Assembly: GCA_965285935.1 (NCBI GenBank)
Contig: OZ260664.1
Location: 63,612,001 to 63,676,000, forward strand
Direction: 5' to 3'
Origin: Ophelia neglecta
Taxonomy: Eukaryota
Length of the DNA: 64,000 bases
A model generated the notes under the pieces. That model saw nothing but the letters and a program-made list of their open reading frames with translations, searched no databases and was not told the origin of the DNA. A program made the translations under genes and the position numbers. Below, piece after piece: positions 1-14,500 of this stretch. Numbering within the stretch: position 1 is the stretch's first letter; each line of letters opens with the position of its first letter.

Positions 1-1790
1 AATTTCATGTCTAACAACCTCTGTGGGTTACCATTTTTATGCTTTATTTTGCACTTAGATGCATGTGAGTTAAATACATTACGCCTTGCGGTCATAACCG
101 TCCTATCAGCTTCTAAGCCAGTAGATCTGTATAGGTCAAGCGCGTTATAAAACACAGAACGTAATTCAACACATTGGTCGCATATCCAAGGCGCCCTGCC
201 AATAGAAACTTTACTGTGATTAAAGGAATAGTTTCAGCGGGGGCCTACTTTTACTTGTTTACCAATGATAGGGGTGGCTAGTTTAATCATTTTATCAGTA
301 AACAGTTTAATTTTCATCTCTACTGAATGATTACTAGAAACAATGGTTTCAAAATCAGGCATGTTAGCTAAGATAACATCGTTGTACTCGTCTGATTTCT
401 CAGCTTCCCAGGATATTTTACTTTGCACAGTAACAGTAGGATTAATCAATTGATCACGATTACAAGTTATTGAAAATTTGATTGGACAGTGGTCACTTAA
501 AATGTTGCTATCTCCAACCTCAAAGTTTCTCACAAGGGACATTGACTCACACATAGATAATACATAATCCACAACACTTGCACCCGTTGTGGAGGGAACA
601 GTATATTTACCGATGTTTTTCTCCTTGCCACATCGACCGTTTAATAGACGCAGACCTGTTGAAATACACAGGTCTAGTAAGAGATGCCCGGGAGCGTTTA
701 TACAGGTGTCCTGCGACTTTCTAGAGATGTGCTGGTCTTGTAGATAATGGGTCCGGCAAGGGTAAATGGTGTGGGTCATCACATTGAACGAAATCATTAT
801 GGATCCCTGTCCTGGCATTAAAGTCGCCCATCACAAAATAGAAGTAAGGACCAGAAGGGTCTTGCTCATACTCGGCCATACAGTCTTCAAGTTGTGAGAA
901 GACGTCAATGTCCGAAATTGATCGACTAGAACCAGTCGGGGACGAGTAGACAATAGCAAGCAGTACACAGCGGCTAAGACCGAAGAATTGCCCATCTAGT
1001 TTTAACCACAAAATAGAGTCGCCCACCTTACGATGAAGAGAGACGCCTTTAGAGATGGTTGATTTAACGTACACACCTATACCACCTGATAGTCTTCTGG
1101 CCCGACGATTTATTTCTGAACGATGATTAAAAAAGGCATCATACCCAGGTAGTTCCAAATCCTGGCCTACGCCAGACCAAGTATCCGTGAGCGCAACGAT
1201 GTTATCATTCGCAATAATATGTAGGAAAGTAGTGTCAGTAAGTTTATTGAAAGTTTTTCCGACAAGACCTCTAATGTTCCCAATAGAACAAGTGATATTA
1301 TGTCTACCACAATCCTGTGCGTTCCGTTATCCCAGTAGATCAGCAGGGACAGTATCTCCGTCAGGGTTAGTCGAGGTACTGGCTATGGTACCTGTGTGAT
1401 CCGACTGACCGGTGTTCTTCCAACGAGGTGAATCACTGACATCCTGTAGCACTGGGTTTTTATTGCTGCCAGCAATTGGTTTTGGAGCTTTTAGCGATGA
1501 TTTGACCGGCCCATTTCCCTTTTTAAGTACTTTGGTGGTCTTTTCCGTTTGACTGCCGGGACGAGACGGAGTTCCTCCTCGTAATCGCTGCCGTCACTCT
1601 TGTCGTTCATGTGGGAACGCGAAGACCCTGGAACACTGTCACGTTGAACCACTGGTGTTGGAATTAAGGCCGGAGGTTTCCTTGAAGCAGCCAAATTTTC
1701 AACCGGGGCAGATGTGGGTGTGATGACAGGCACCGTCCCTTGGAATTGCTGATGAGGGTTGCCAGTCCATCGTTTCAACTATATATTCAA
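1..1790 (-). mobile_element. Degenerate non-LTR retrotransposon (LINE): ORF1 C-terminal remnant plus ORF2 AP-endonuclease domain; RT would lie left of the window
   Basis: Minus-strand translation from about 1310 gives APE motifs in order: GNIRGL, VALTDTW, SGGIGVYVK, LWLKL, AIVYSSP, VMGDFNART, NGR...GKYT, SVVDYVL, SDHCPI, then a PWxxDxC linker near 190. There is a frameshift near 750 (ORFs 721-1158 and 234-818) and an in-frame TGA at 234-236. ORF 1491-1778 is a basic, low-complexity ORF1-like tail. The 5' boundary is approximate. Confidence 0.9.
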
Positions 1791-1796
1791 CTATGT

Positions 1797-2539
1797 CTCT
1801 ACCGAATGCAGTCAGATACTGCGACTGCTCTTACGCCTAGTCGTAGTGTTTGGTGGTACGTGTGATCGCGGGAGCACCAACCATTCCAATCGTAGGTGAT
1901 CGTGCGAATAGTGGTGACGATCGGCGACCATCGTGCGATCAATCGTGGCGACCAGTGACCCATCGTACGGTAAACGTGGCGACCTGCGACCGATCGCATG
2001 ATCAAGCGCAATATGGTGGCTGATTTCTGCGGCCACAGCACCCAGCTGTTTTTGTTGCTCCATCTGCAGTCTGTACAACGTAAGATCACGTATTGTTCGG
2101 CGGCACTGGTGCATACGCCCTAGCCGTTCTCCATTTGAGCGTCGTAGTAGAGTGACTTCAAATCCATGGGCCGCTCTATAAAAACGGGTCCCGGAGAGCT
2201 AAAAACTGGTGGGACCAGGTGGCACCACCAAACGGCAGGTGGCACGTCCAGTTGCACGACGAATCGTTCGACTATTTTAGCTGCGATCATGCACGACTAG
2301 TCGTGCGACCATGTGCTCCTAGTGGCACGACCATGCAAAATCTGTGTATGATTTGGAATCACAGGTCAGTAGTTTGAACAACACCATCGACCTTTCTGCG
2401 ACTGATTTTACTCCGGCGATCACCCACAACCTCTCCGACCAACCCGTCGCACGCTCTATCTACGACTTGCTCACGATTTCAACATTTTTTGGTCTCAACT
2501 GGTTCGTAACCTTGTCTTATGTCCGGTGTGACTGGGGCT
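1797..2539. mobile_element. Non-autonomous PIF/Harbinger-like DNA transposon, one end visible
   Basis: CpG-dense tract built from recurring TCGTGCGA/CGATCG/GTCGTA motifs. It ends in ...GTCCGGTGTGACTGGGGCT followed by TTA, a TIR style and TWA target typical of PIF/Harbinger. The matching left TIR is not in the window. Confidence 0.55.
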
Positions 2540-2761
2540 TTAATAAGTGAAGGAATTGTTATCCATCACTGCAAAGTCAGATGTATGTGAAATGTAGACC
2601 CACGCTTTTTTTTGGTTTACTAATTGAGGAGTCAATTGAGGAGTTCTGCCAATTCAAAATTAGATTGTTTTTGAGAAAAAGATACATAAACTGCATAATC
2701 GATTTATATTAGCCGATTTTTTTGTTGTTGATATAGTAATAAGAGTATTTATCTGTTACAG

Positions 2762-3660
2762 GAGTCCAGTGCGTGTTTTACCGGCAGTGGCCCTACTCGC
2801 TCTACTCTCGCTGTACGTCTGGTATGCTATCTCATACTCCTGCAGGAATACAACGAACCCGAGATCACAGAACGGCATCTCGCCAAACTGTACCAATGTG
2901 TCCATTTACCATCACCATCAGTGGAATAAGCCACCAGTTGGAGATCGAGTAAACGGGGTCCTGTACGACACTCAGGACACATTGAACACAAACAATAAGA
3001 TTTACGTCTTCGGCGCTTACTATGATGAGAGAGGCAGTAAATTTTCTTCCGGTAAAAGGTACATTCGGCTGTTTTCGTTGGCATCGTTCCCTTTCACTGT
3101 TCCTGTCTTCTGTCAGGTGTTGTTCTCCGAACGACCAAATCTTCTGATTGTACTAGCTACGTCAGAGGAGCAGGGGAGAGGATACGGTACGAGAGAAACA
3201 CAATTTCAGGAAAGACTGTTTACCTGCCCTCTAACAGAGGGGACGCTGATTCCTTCTCACGTGACCCTTGCTTTCCGAATATATGACAATAGCTCATCCG
3301 CCATCCCAGTCGTTGTCCCTGAAACAAAGCCAGTCCATCAGCCGATCTTTTCACTTTGAAGTACCTAAATCGTCTGTCGCCGAACAAACCTGGACCTGCC
3401 GCCAAATCTATTGTGGACCCTCGACAGTGCATAGTCATGCAAAATCATTATTGCCAGAAGAGGACTCCGAATGTGTCTACTAACCCTTGGACATTTGCAG
3501 TAGACCCGGAAATAGCCCTTAGTCACCATTATAAAGAGTGTCATCTTAATGAACTCCAATGTAAGGAAAAAAATAATTAGGGATGACAGTGTTTTGAAGT
3601 ATAAAAAGGAACTGCTCAGAAGGACAGAAGCTATATACAGGGTACAAAGATCTTCAACTT
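2762..3660 (+). pseudogene. Glycosyltransferase family 92 (DUF23)-like pseudogene with internal deletion and frameshifts
   Basis: Acceptor tgttacag at 2761, then a type II membrane anchor (VLPAVALLALLSLYVWYAI) and GT92 N-terminal motifs (IYVFGAYYDER, YIRLF, VFCQV, FTCPL..PSHVTL). At about 3341 it jumps out of frame directly to GT92 C-terminal motifs (KSIVDP, NHYC, VDPEIALSHHYKEC). A second frameshift in the A-run 3567-3573 precedes IIRDDSVLKYKKELL. Confidence 0.8.
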
Positions 3661-5174
3661 ATGTGATATTAATGAAATGTCATAGAAATCAAAACCTTGA
3701 TGAATTTCAGCCTCGAAAGGACCATTGGCTGATGATATTGATAATATTTGTATCCACTGGGATCTTAAATAATAATTTATTAACATATTTAAGTGATAGT
3801 AAGTAATGTTGACTCTGTGTCGTCTTATTATGGGATGTGTGCGCACGTTTGATCTTATTTTGAAAGCCAGGCGACTTTTGTTTATATTACAATTATTATT
3901 CTGGCGCAGTAATCTATCATATAGATTAATTTAGAGCCATGTATGTAGGGCGCCGGGAATGTCGAGATTGTGGCCAAATGGGCTGATGCATGGATTTCAG
4001 ATTATATTGGATATTATGGGTGTTTCTTGGGTGTATGAGTATATTCTACGCTAGTTATGGATATATCGGGATTTTTCTGAAAATTGTGACTGCTCTGGGA
4101 GTAGTACCTCTAGTGATTGTTCTGCCGATTGAGCACGTGCAAAAAAGTGGTTTGCTGAAAAAAAACAATATAATCTTGCTGAATTTTTGATAATATGAGG
4201 ACATTGGAAGAAACATTTTTGACAGCTAAGCAGCAAATGGCCTTAATTTTTGGAAATGTACGCAATTTATACGAATGTCATAATGGCTGCCGATGGGAAA
4301 TGACTGATTGTGTTCATCAAGGATTACTGTCACAAAAGTAGTATTTTCTCTTCAACAGTTCTAAAATGTAATAATATTCTGTACTAGCTGTGCTACAGGG
4401 ATAGTTAGTCAGTTATATGGTATCTCCCCCTGTTGGGATATTTGTACATTAATTTTTTTTATAACTGGCCATACTTTAAGATCAACCAATTTACCTGGAA
4501 GGGCGCTGCATGACTAGCGGCTTGCTCCATATACTCGGACCTCGTATCTTACTCAGTCTAGCAGCCATATCTCGCGTTTTCGAGTTACTTCGGCCAAAAA
4601 GGTAGACACTCCGATTGCCCCATGCTTTTTCATCGCTTGTTGGGGTCTGAATTACAAAATAAAAAAAAGCCTTTCCTATTGGCTTCGATATGACCGTAAT
4701 CATAAAATTATATATACTGTACATACATACCCATATTCTCTAATCAAAATTGACAATAACATGCAAATAATTAATCCTTTAATACAAATATCAACCACCA
4801 ACGAAAAGACCAATAAACAGGCTTTCATGTGAGCTATTGTTGAAATGGATGTGATTAATAAAGATAAATCTACGACCAAAATATATTTGAGCATACTGCT
4901 AATAGTTTTGAGAGTAATTACGATGAGAGATGATTGGACCAAAATGACAAAAGAATAAAACCAAATTAGTTATACTTATAGACTACAAATGTTTAACTTC
5001 AAAAGAAATTATTACATGCCTTATTTGAATTAATAAAGTGAAAAGCAATACAAATGAAGTTAATATTGAAATATCAGTAGATAAATTAGTTAAGATTTGA
5101 GGAACTAATTTGCATTATATGATATTGTAGAGTATCAAGGCCGCAATGATTCCTGAGCTATAGGAAAGCGTCGA

Positions 5175-5584
5175 GTCAGACCATTATTCGATTTCGAAAT
5201 TTGGCCCACGGGGCTATTATAACGTCCCGGGGGTAGGTAGGACCCCAGTAACAGATGAACACCCAATTGAGGGGGATATGTGTTTTTGGTGGGTCAAAAT
5301 ATCGATGGTAGGGTGGGAGAGGCCAGATCATTATTCAATTTTGAATAATGAACCGCGTGCTGGAGCTTGGAAGAAATTGAAACTTGTCAGATTATTATTT
5401 GAAATCGAAATTTGGCCCCTGGGGCTAAACAAGCGTTCCAGGGCTAGGTTGTTTGGTATCTAGCAACAGATGAGCACCCAGTTGAGGGATATAGATGGTT
5501 TAGGTGGCCAAAATATCAATGGTAGGGAGGGAGGGGTCAGACCATCATTCGATTCTCAATAATGAACCGCATGCTGGAGCTTGG
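5175..5584. repeat. Diverged tandem duplication of about 211 bp (two units, 5175-5370 and 5386-5584), probably inside an old transposon
   Basis: Both units share gtcaga..attatt..tcgaaatttggccc, aacagatga.caccca.ttgaggg, caaaatatc.atggtaggg and aataatgaaccgc.tgctggagcttgg. The aataatgaacc core recurs at about 5826 and 5876. Confidence 0.85.
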
Positions 5585-8500
5585 CTAAGTGAAAATCTAC
5601 CGAAAACTACATGCAAAATTTGGTATCTAGAAATGATACTTAGGTGCTAAAACGCTTAAAAAACACTATCCTGCACAATGTACATTTTGCAAAATTTCAC
5701 GCCCCAGGGGTGGGGAAAAACCCCCCAGGGGAGGGGTAGAAGAAAGTCATACTATGCTCAGATAACCGCTCAGGAATTAGGAATCGTAAACTATAAACCA
5801 AATACATACTGTATTTATTATTTAAATAATGAACCATGAACTCGGTGCCAACTTCATACTCCAGACCATTATTCGAATAATGAACCATGAACTATAAACA
5901 GATAAACCATGGTCCAACTTCATGCTGCTCCCGCAAAGACTAATTTATAGCTTCGATTTGGTTGGTCTTGAGGCAAATGACATACCTTAGAGGGAGGTTG
6001 GCGGGTCATGTATAGCCTCTTTATAATTGATAATACACGCGATGGCAGTGTGTAACACACGAGTTGACATTTAGCAAGGAAGGCTTCCTAATAGCTATCA
6101 TGGAATAAATAAAAATGGCTATAAATAGTCCGACTTCGGGGGCTGTCACATGTAATATATCTTACTAGGCGCAACCGTAGAATTGTTAATCTCTAAGAAG
6201 ATGATGTTAGTAAATGTGGACATAAAAATACCCATCTCTTTTGCATGTTGAACCATTTGATGATGTTTTCTCTGGTAAACTCAATGAAGTTTCAATGCCG
6301 TTGAGAACAGTTGCTTGTTTCCATTGTTTTGATAATTCCGGCAATCAAATGGGGTGGCAATCTGGCAATGTTTTTTCTATCAGGAAATAAATTGCAGTTT
6401 GGTGAATATTCATCAACTTTCGCTAAATTAAGCGCCATCCGCATACCCATAAGGAAGATGCACACACTAATCTTGTTGATATATGGGAAATAATCCGCCC
6501 TGGCAGAATGGCAGGATATGAAAGAAAACAGTTCTCTTTCTGCCTCTCACATCGAATAAGACAACAATATGAATGTAGTTTTTATTCCTCCCATTGCCGA
6601 TCCAATAAAGGAAAGGATAGTGCTGTTAATGCAATAGCGTCTCTGCTAGCTTCCCAGTTGTGTCCGCTTAATATGGAGTGATTTGATTTAGGCTCCGTAA
6701 TGAACCTGTGGAGTGTGGAAAACAGAATATAGAGACTTACGTGAGTATGAACTGAAGCGAGAAAGAGCATGTGGAGATATAGCCCACAAAATGTCAGCGG
6801 CACGTTTTGCAATGTCAACACAATAAGGGAAGGATATAATTAGTGACAAAGCCAGCAATGGTGTATGGCGTAGTAATCGTAGTAATTTTTGTGTGTACGG
6901 TGAAAAGAAGTGACAGGAAATCAATTTTAGGTGGCAGACGGTCCGGTGAAACTTTTATATCGTAGCACAGAGAAAGAAAACCTAGCTAGCATGTAGATAG
7001 AGGAACATCAGTCGTCTGTTACCCTATCTACGCACCTTGGCATGCAGCCTGCCCGCTGGCATTAGCGGAAGTTAATAACCTAAACCGTCCTCGAAAGGAT
7101 CATCATATTTCTTGGGAATTGTTTTTTTGTGACAACTCTAAATTTCATACGTTCTTTACCCGACATTTATCACAATTGAATAGTATGCTAGTGGCCAAAT
7201 TCTCTGCTGATTAGTGTACATTATTCATAACTTTGAGGCTATAATATAGGTAGGTCTATAGTTTATACCTAAACACGTAGGAATATAACGCGTTTGACTT
7301 TTTCACTACCTTCATCAATTGATTGAAATTAACTATTAACTTCATGAGATCGAAGGTATTAAGTTAATTATGATGTTAACTTTATTCTTTCAGCATGATG
7401 CTGTAAGTAATCAATTATGATTGACCTTGGGCCGAACATGTCTTGCTGAAAGTCACGTTGCCTGCTCAGCCAGCAAATATCTGTATAAAATTGTAATTAG
7501 CAAAGACAAATCTGAAGTATTTACATGTAGGTAATAAAATCGTTTCAAGAAACAAAATTATTTACAGATCTGTACACATATATACACAAAATGACAATTT
7601 TATGCCTTTATAATGCCAAAATAAATGCACATTAAAAATAAACTGAATAAAACTAGGTGGAATTAAATAAGTATATTCATTATTTAACCTAGTAGACGAA
7701 AATAAAATACTTCGGTAAAGACTACCATTGATTCAACGGAAGCCAAATTGCTCTTTTCTTGTAAATAATGGAGCAAGCTCCATGAAAATGAGTGCAGCAA
7801 CGCATTGAATATTTAACATATCACCTATTGTTCTAATACATTAGTTACCATTAGGGAAGGTATAGCTCTATTATAATAGTGGATGGTAGGTTTTGCAGGT
7901 GTATTATAATGCTATACCGTGGGAACATCCTTAGTCACTTAGTGCTATCAAATAAAGCCCTGTTACACGCAGAGGTAACCTAAAATTAACTGCACTGAAT
8001 AGTTACTGCAAAAAAACGGATTCAATGTTGCTAAGTGATATCCTGTTTACCCGTGTTTGTATAGGTTACAGTCGTATGATGCCATCGCATCTGAATGTGT
8101 ATATACTCTATCGCCCCTCTAATTGTGTGCCAAAGCTTATATAAATATGCAAAATGATACATGTCTCGCTGAGAAACAGGAAGACCTTTGGGATTATTTT
8201 TTTGCGGATGAGTCAATGAACATAATTCATCATACTCTTAGGTGAAAAAAACTACTTAACTATTCTTTTCTAAATCACCCAGCCAAATGTATGGAGTCGT
8301 ATTTTCCATTAGACATGGGCTTTCCATTAGAATAGGTTATTGCATGTATATATTTTGCTTAATGTGAAATGACATGATGTTGATCGTTAACTTGCACATT
8401 AAGGCCTATACCAGTAAGCTCACATCTATACGAGCTCTCATATAAAATCCGATTTACTTCATCGCATTGTTATCAATTACCCAGCGTGATATTCCAGGTA

Positions 8501-11500
8501 AAGGTCTCGTGATCGAGCCGTTCGATTATTTAAGCCTGCCATGTAGTGTGGCGTTAGTTTTTTTTACTTTAACAGAATCATTATCATCAATTTTTAGGTA
8601 ATGAAGTTTAATGTGAAATAAGCATAGATTGGAAGATTTCCTCTGAGTTAATTATCTATGTTTGATTTGTATCTGTTCTGGAATAATACTTTATTTTCCT
8701 ATTTGCATGATGATATCAACCTAGCCCATAGACCATAAATGTGTTCATCACCTGGGGACCTTGATACTTAAATGACACGACGGCCATCGATCTCCCAGGC
8801 TTCCACCTCCCATGTATTATTGAGCAGATCACATCTTTTGATAAAAGACCCATTTAGATAACCAGTCAAAAGGATTTGGACGTTCCCATTGTACTAGCAG
8901 CGGCTACATTTATTTTCATTTCACAAAAAGGTCATGCTGCAAAAGAAATATCTAGAATGCTTTGAACTTTTGTCTCCCACTGATCCGTTTTGAAAGCAAA
9001 TCCACCGAGAAATAAACTCTAGGGGGGACGTTAAGCCAGTATGTATAGTTCCGGGTAGACGCTTTAAAATCGATTCTATCAAGTTAACTAAGCTCGCGGC
9101 TAACTAAGAACATGTGTTGCAAAGTGTCACATTGTTTTGCCATTAAAACATGCAGTGCAGCGGTCGTGATCGTTATCCACCAATTCGAAGGTTGAAGCCA
9201 TTTGTGTCCGAAAATTGATATGAAAATACGTTTGAATATCTGTCAATATGAGAATCAGCTATCACGCCGGGCGAATCATAATTTACCTCTGTTGGGACAA
9301 CAGTTGGTAGGTTACCGCCTCGAGGTTATTATTTAACCTTTGTCCTCGCTGTATTGATGTATGAACATAAAAGAAAGGCCAAAACGTTTTCTTTTAAAAA
9401 TAATGCAGTAGAAAATCGAACATGAATATGATTAATAGCACAGGTAGTGAGTCGATAGGTAAAGCTATGCTTTTCAGGACTTTTAGGAAGGTGAAACCGA
9501 ATGAATACTTAAATACGCCAACACGTGGTCGAACAACTGGCTTAACCTTTGAAAAAGGGATAAGCATGATCTACCTTCTATTAACCTACACAGTAGAGGG
9601 GGGGATACACTCTATCATGTACCTTAAACAGCTGCAATTGTGACGCAGCTGTTCACGTAATGGTCATTAAATCATGCTCCGTCTATTTTATTCCTTCTGG
9701 AACTGAGCGGTTGTATGGCTGAGGCCTTGCCAGTGACGGAGGTGCCTCTCATGCTAATTAAAGCGCACCTCTAACACACTGGCTAGTTAATGGTACTGAG
9801 CGTGTGCTGTTTTCATTGCAAGAGAGACCGAATGGAGATTTGTTTTGAAGAGTTTTATTACAATGTCAATATTGGCTTACCTTGACAGAAGTTAAACTGT
9901 GTAGCCAATAAGCATGTGGTCATTTTGCACCTGCCTGTCAGACACTGACCATTCAGTGGACTATAAAGGATAATTAGGGGTTTGGTCAGCGCAATATTTT
10001 TTTATTGCTGCATGTGGTGGCAGACGATTGCTCCCACCATTGAAACACGCTGTGTGTGTGCCTGACTCGTATTGGTTTGACCCTTGACCCCCTCTCTATG
10101 AATATTGTGGTGACATGTTTGAAAGCGTTGGGAACATTATAAAGAGAGTAGGCAGACCAATGTCAAAGTGTGGATTTTAGCTCAAGTATTGTCCATTTGA
10201 CCCCCAGGTAATCAACATTAATCATGGCATTTTGAAAGTTCCCACATTACATTTATGTATGTTGTTCATGTATATATTGTCAATTTTTCTACTGACACGT
10301 CAATTTAAAGTCTTCATCTAATTGAGGACAGATAAAAGGTCCCGGGGACAGCTCATCGCACGCTGATAAAGCAGAATATTTCCATAATGGGAAAATACAT
10401 ATTTGATTGTCTACACATCATTAACTACAATAACTACATTAGTAAATGAATGGCACATGATTTATATTCCGGGCCACTTTACTGCATAAAGCGATTTTCC
10501 AATTGCTGTACGATTCACTGACAGATACAATAATTACCATACATTACAATAATACGTTTCTATACAGTAGAGCAAGCCATGTGTAATTTTCTAATCGATC
10601 CGCTTTAGATGGACTTTCAAATCAAGTGATGGATAACCATGAAAATTAGTGTCAGAGCTTTCAAGTAACATTGTCACGATGAAAACCGCCATTATTTTGT
10701 CACCGCACAGATGGGAGATAATATTATACATATATGAATATTATTTTTACTCAATCAATCACTCATGAAACACTTTCAAATCCGATGTGTCACATTTCAG
10801 CACAATGAGGTGGCACTATAGTGAGTACCTTTATAAATAGGTACAAATACATATGTAATTTTAATATCTACACACTCCAGGGACAAGCCACATGCACAGC
10901 TCAAGGTCACAGGAAGCTCAACTGTGGGCTTACAGTTAAATCACGCCATTTATTTGGAGTAATACCTATTTCATTATTCTAGACTCTCATTCACTGAACA
11001 ATACGAGATGGAAAAACAATGGCTGAATCCTTCCTCGTGCTGCTGATGAGGCTGTGGCGTGCTCCAAGCCCGCCATGTCTGGATAACTCTGAAAGAGGAG
11101 AATTAAATTTTTATTAAGCTCCCCCTGACCGCCCGATACCCTATGAGCTGTCTACAAACGTAGCAAATGAGAGTGTTACTGAACAGAATGAGCAGACGAC
11201 AATTTCACCGATTATTAGTCTAAAATATTAACGAAAATGGTCAGTTTTTATGAATGTGGTTTTCAATAGAAAGCCATTGCATAGAAGCTGAATGGACATT
11301 GCAAATGTACGCTGTGTGTAGTCGAAGTAGTTTCCAAAGCAGTCGATAAAAAACAAATTTGATATTCTGCCTCCAAAAATTTCACACAATAAAGACCTCA
11401 CCCCACTTTAATGAAAACATTCTATTGTTGCGCCAGAATTCAAGCTACTTCCGCACAAGGAAGAAATCGATTGAAGTATTTTATTTGTCACTCTCGATTC

Positions 11501-14500
11501 ATGATACATTGTGCTCGAGTCTCTACTGAAATCTATCTCAGATTTACCACTTACCGATGACAGCACAACAATGTCCATCCTAAGTTATTATTAACTACAG
11601 GGCTAGACTTTCAGTGTGAAAATATCAGAGGTACCTTTCAAAATAACCCATCAAATTATCCAACACTCAATTGGCAGGATGCGTAAATCAATTGTATTAC
11701 TTCGATAGCTTTTAATGTTTTTTCTCCAAATCCTCAATTGTTTCCTTTCAATCAAATGCGTGGGTGAAAATAGTGAAGGGCATTGTGCAGTGGTTCGCAG
11801 AATTAGACATCATGTACTCTGAAAACAAAGACCCTTCTGGCTCATTTATACTGAGGTGATAAAACTTTCAACTAAATATGAGAGTCACAGGAAGCCGTCA
11901 TACGGCTAAAACATAGACATCAATCAACTTCAATCGCCTGTGGCCTGTAGTGGGAACAGTAACAGGTAAAGTGGCTGATGGAAGCTTTATCCGTTTATAT
12001 CCAGGAGCTAAGTATGACCAAAACATATCAACTAAGTGCTGTCACATGATCAATGGATCAGCATACTATATCAGATATAAATGTGTCTGTTGCTTTTAGG
12101 ACTTTCATAACGTAATATATTATTTTTTGGCACGTATATTGCCATGAATAAAACAAGGCTTATTTCTTCAGCTTTTAGAGTTGTATTATATTATAGCAGG
12201 AGACATTTATGGTATCTGGCGTCCTTTTTTCTTTACCCCCTAATAAGTAGATCCCCAACCTAACTATTAAAATAGGCATATAAGTTAATTGCCACTAACA
12301 CTAAGATCAAATTGTTTAATAATATATAATTCAATAATAATATTATTTGTTTGGTAAAAATAACAGCAGGTAGCTCGAAAGTCAGAATTGGGGCCTTTTG
12401 ATATGTTTTTGTACGAGGTTCAATGAAATCGGAATACGAATTTTTAATAAAGTAGGCTATTTTCCGATACAATTGGCGTAAAAGGCATATGGAAGGAAGA
12501 GAATAATTCATATGAATTGGGCATAAATGCAAAGTTAGTGATCTGTAAAATTTATTCTCAGTTCCCACGCTGTTGTGACTTGGACTTGGTTGGTTCTTTC
12601 AACAGGTCAAAGATTGGGAAAATGTTCAAAAACAATCATTTAAGTCTATAGCAGGACCTTTCTCGGCACAAATAGTCGCCACCATGTATAGGTAAAATAT
12701 ACCATGCTATCGGATTCACTCTGGTGGGGGTGAAAGGCTGTGTATTAATTAAAAGCAGTCAACTTCAATTTGTCAACAGCGAAGTTGATTTACATGGTGT
12801 CAACTGTATGTCAGATGGCTTGCGGGGTGCAGTGCTGCTTTCACATTTTGGTCGTTTTAGACATCACTCATGAATGTCACTGGTAACCGTGCAATTCCGC
12901 GTTTGTAGTCGTAAAATACCAAAAATATGACAAAGCAGGGTCGGCATACATAATATGTTTATGGTGGAAAGTCCTATTAAGTGAATGGTCCCACCTGAGA
13001 TACTCTCGTGCGATACACTCCTGGCTCGTGTGGCTGGCTGCTAGGGATATTGGGCTATTTAGTTGGGAGGTTTAGCACTATACCGGGGATGCATGACATT
13101 ATACAGTGTAATATAGCTACCATAGGTTACTGGCGAGGGGAGATGGAGGTCTTTGAGGGCATAATATCTCCGGTACTCGGATAGGGGCTGCTCGATGGGG
13201 TGGGGGAGGTGACCTTCCGCCCCATCTGTCACCCCGTGTCAGCGAGGAATGCTGGCCGGTGTTGCCACAGCCGCCCCCCAAGGCGACGGACATCCTGCGA
13301 TGATATGCCAGATCAACAGCCGCTAGCTCATAGGAATCTGAGACGCCCGGATAATTAACAATTTGCATATTCTCGAAACCCATGATGTCTTTAGCACCTA
13401 GAGTTAATTTACCAACAATAATGAAGCCTTTATCTTTTATATTACTTGCGATCACAATGGTTTTGGCTCCATCCCTATGGACTTCAGATATTTGTAAAAA
13501 AAAAAAGGCGAATTAAGACCAAGCTTCTAATTCTATGGCATTCAATATGCTGATCAATAGCCAGTATATAAAATCGTGGACGCTGTCCAATTGGGCTTGA
13601 ATGGTAATTATGTAAAACATGCTTTCAGAACCCACCCTCAGCAGAAAAATAGCGATTACAGATACTGTCGACGTGAGTTGTTAACAAAGTGTGGGACTGT
13701 GCCTCTTCGACAAGATAGCCAGATATTTGGACCCACCAGGCCGGCGAAACTGACACCTTCGCTACTGAAAAGAACCTGACAGCGGTCGATGAATGATAGC
13801 TAACATTGTTGACTGTTACCTCTCCTCTCCCAAAGGACAAGGGTCTAATTCTATTTAGCTTTGTCCGACCTCACCCTCTGGGAGAAACCCAAGCATAAAT
13901 GATCAGCGATGATGATGTCCACAACACCGCCGTATACTGGACGTGATGAGTAATGTATGCCCTCGTGGAATAGAGCTCTGAGCGCAAGAAAGAGAAATCA
14001 TTTAGCAGATATAATTCCATTTTCAGTGCATTTCCCATGGAGATTGCTCCACAGATAAAATGTTATTCCATCAATGAACAGTGTATTCTTCTCGGGGAAA
14101 AATCTATAAGATGCAATAAGTGGATTGTCCAGTGGCCGGAGAGAATATAATGTTTCGTACTTTATTTGCCCTGGCTCCGATAGGGCGCCATTTTCTCACG
14201 GGATGGCCGGTTAAAAGGTATCAGACGACACTGGAAAAGCATAAAGTCATTGGCGGGAATGTTTGCAGTATGCATGCGCGTGCCAAAAGGCAAGTCGTCG
14301 GCAAGGATGCTGAATTATGGATGGTGAAAATACTAGTTAGAAGTGTAACTGAAGCTGGTCTCAGCAGGCCAGCAAGTTAACTAGGGATGACTTCCCTCCG
14401 GGAGACTACGAAACGGGCATACAGCTAGTGACCTCAGAGACGTTTGTTCGTAAAACTAGCTGTCAAATATACAACATATGCTGGCAGTATGCCACTATGA

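Noticed and set aside
1799-2114. ORFs of 96-100 aa
   Set aside because: They lie within the CpG-rich non-autonomous transposon tract and show no transposase or Myb/SANT motifs.
2210-2245. CTCF-like CAGGTGGCAC motifs
   Set aside because: They sit inside a transposon, and short motif matches alone do not support function.
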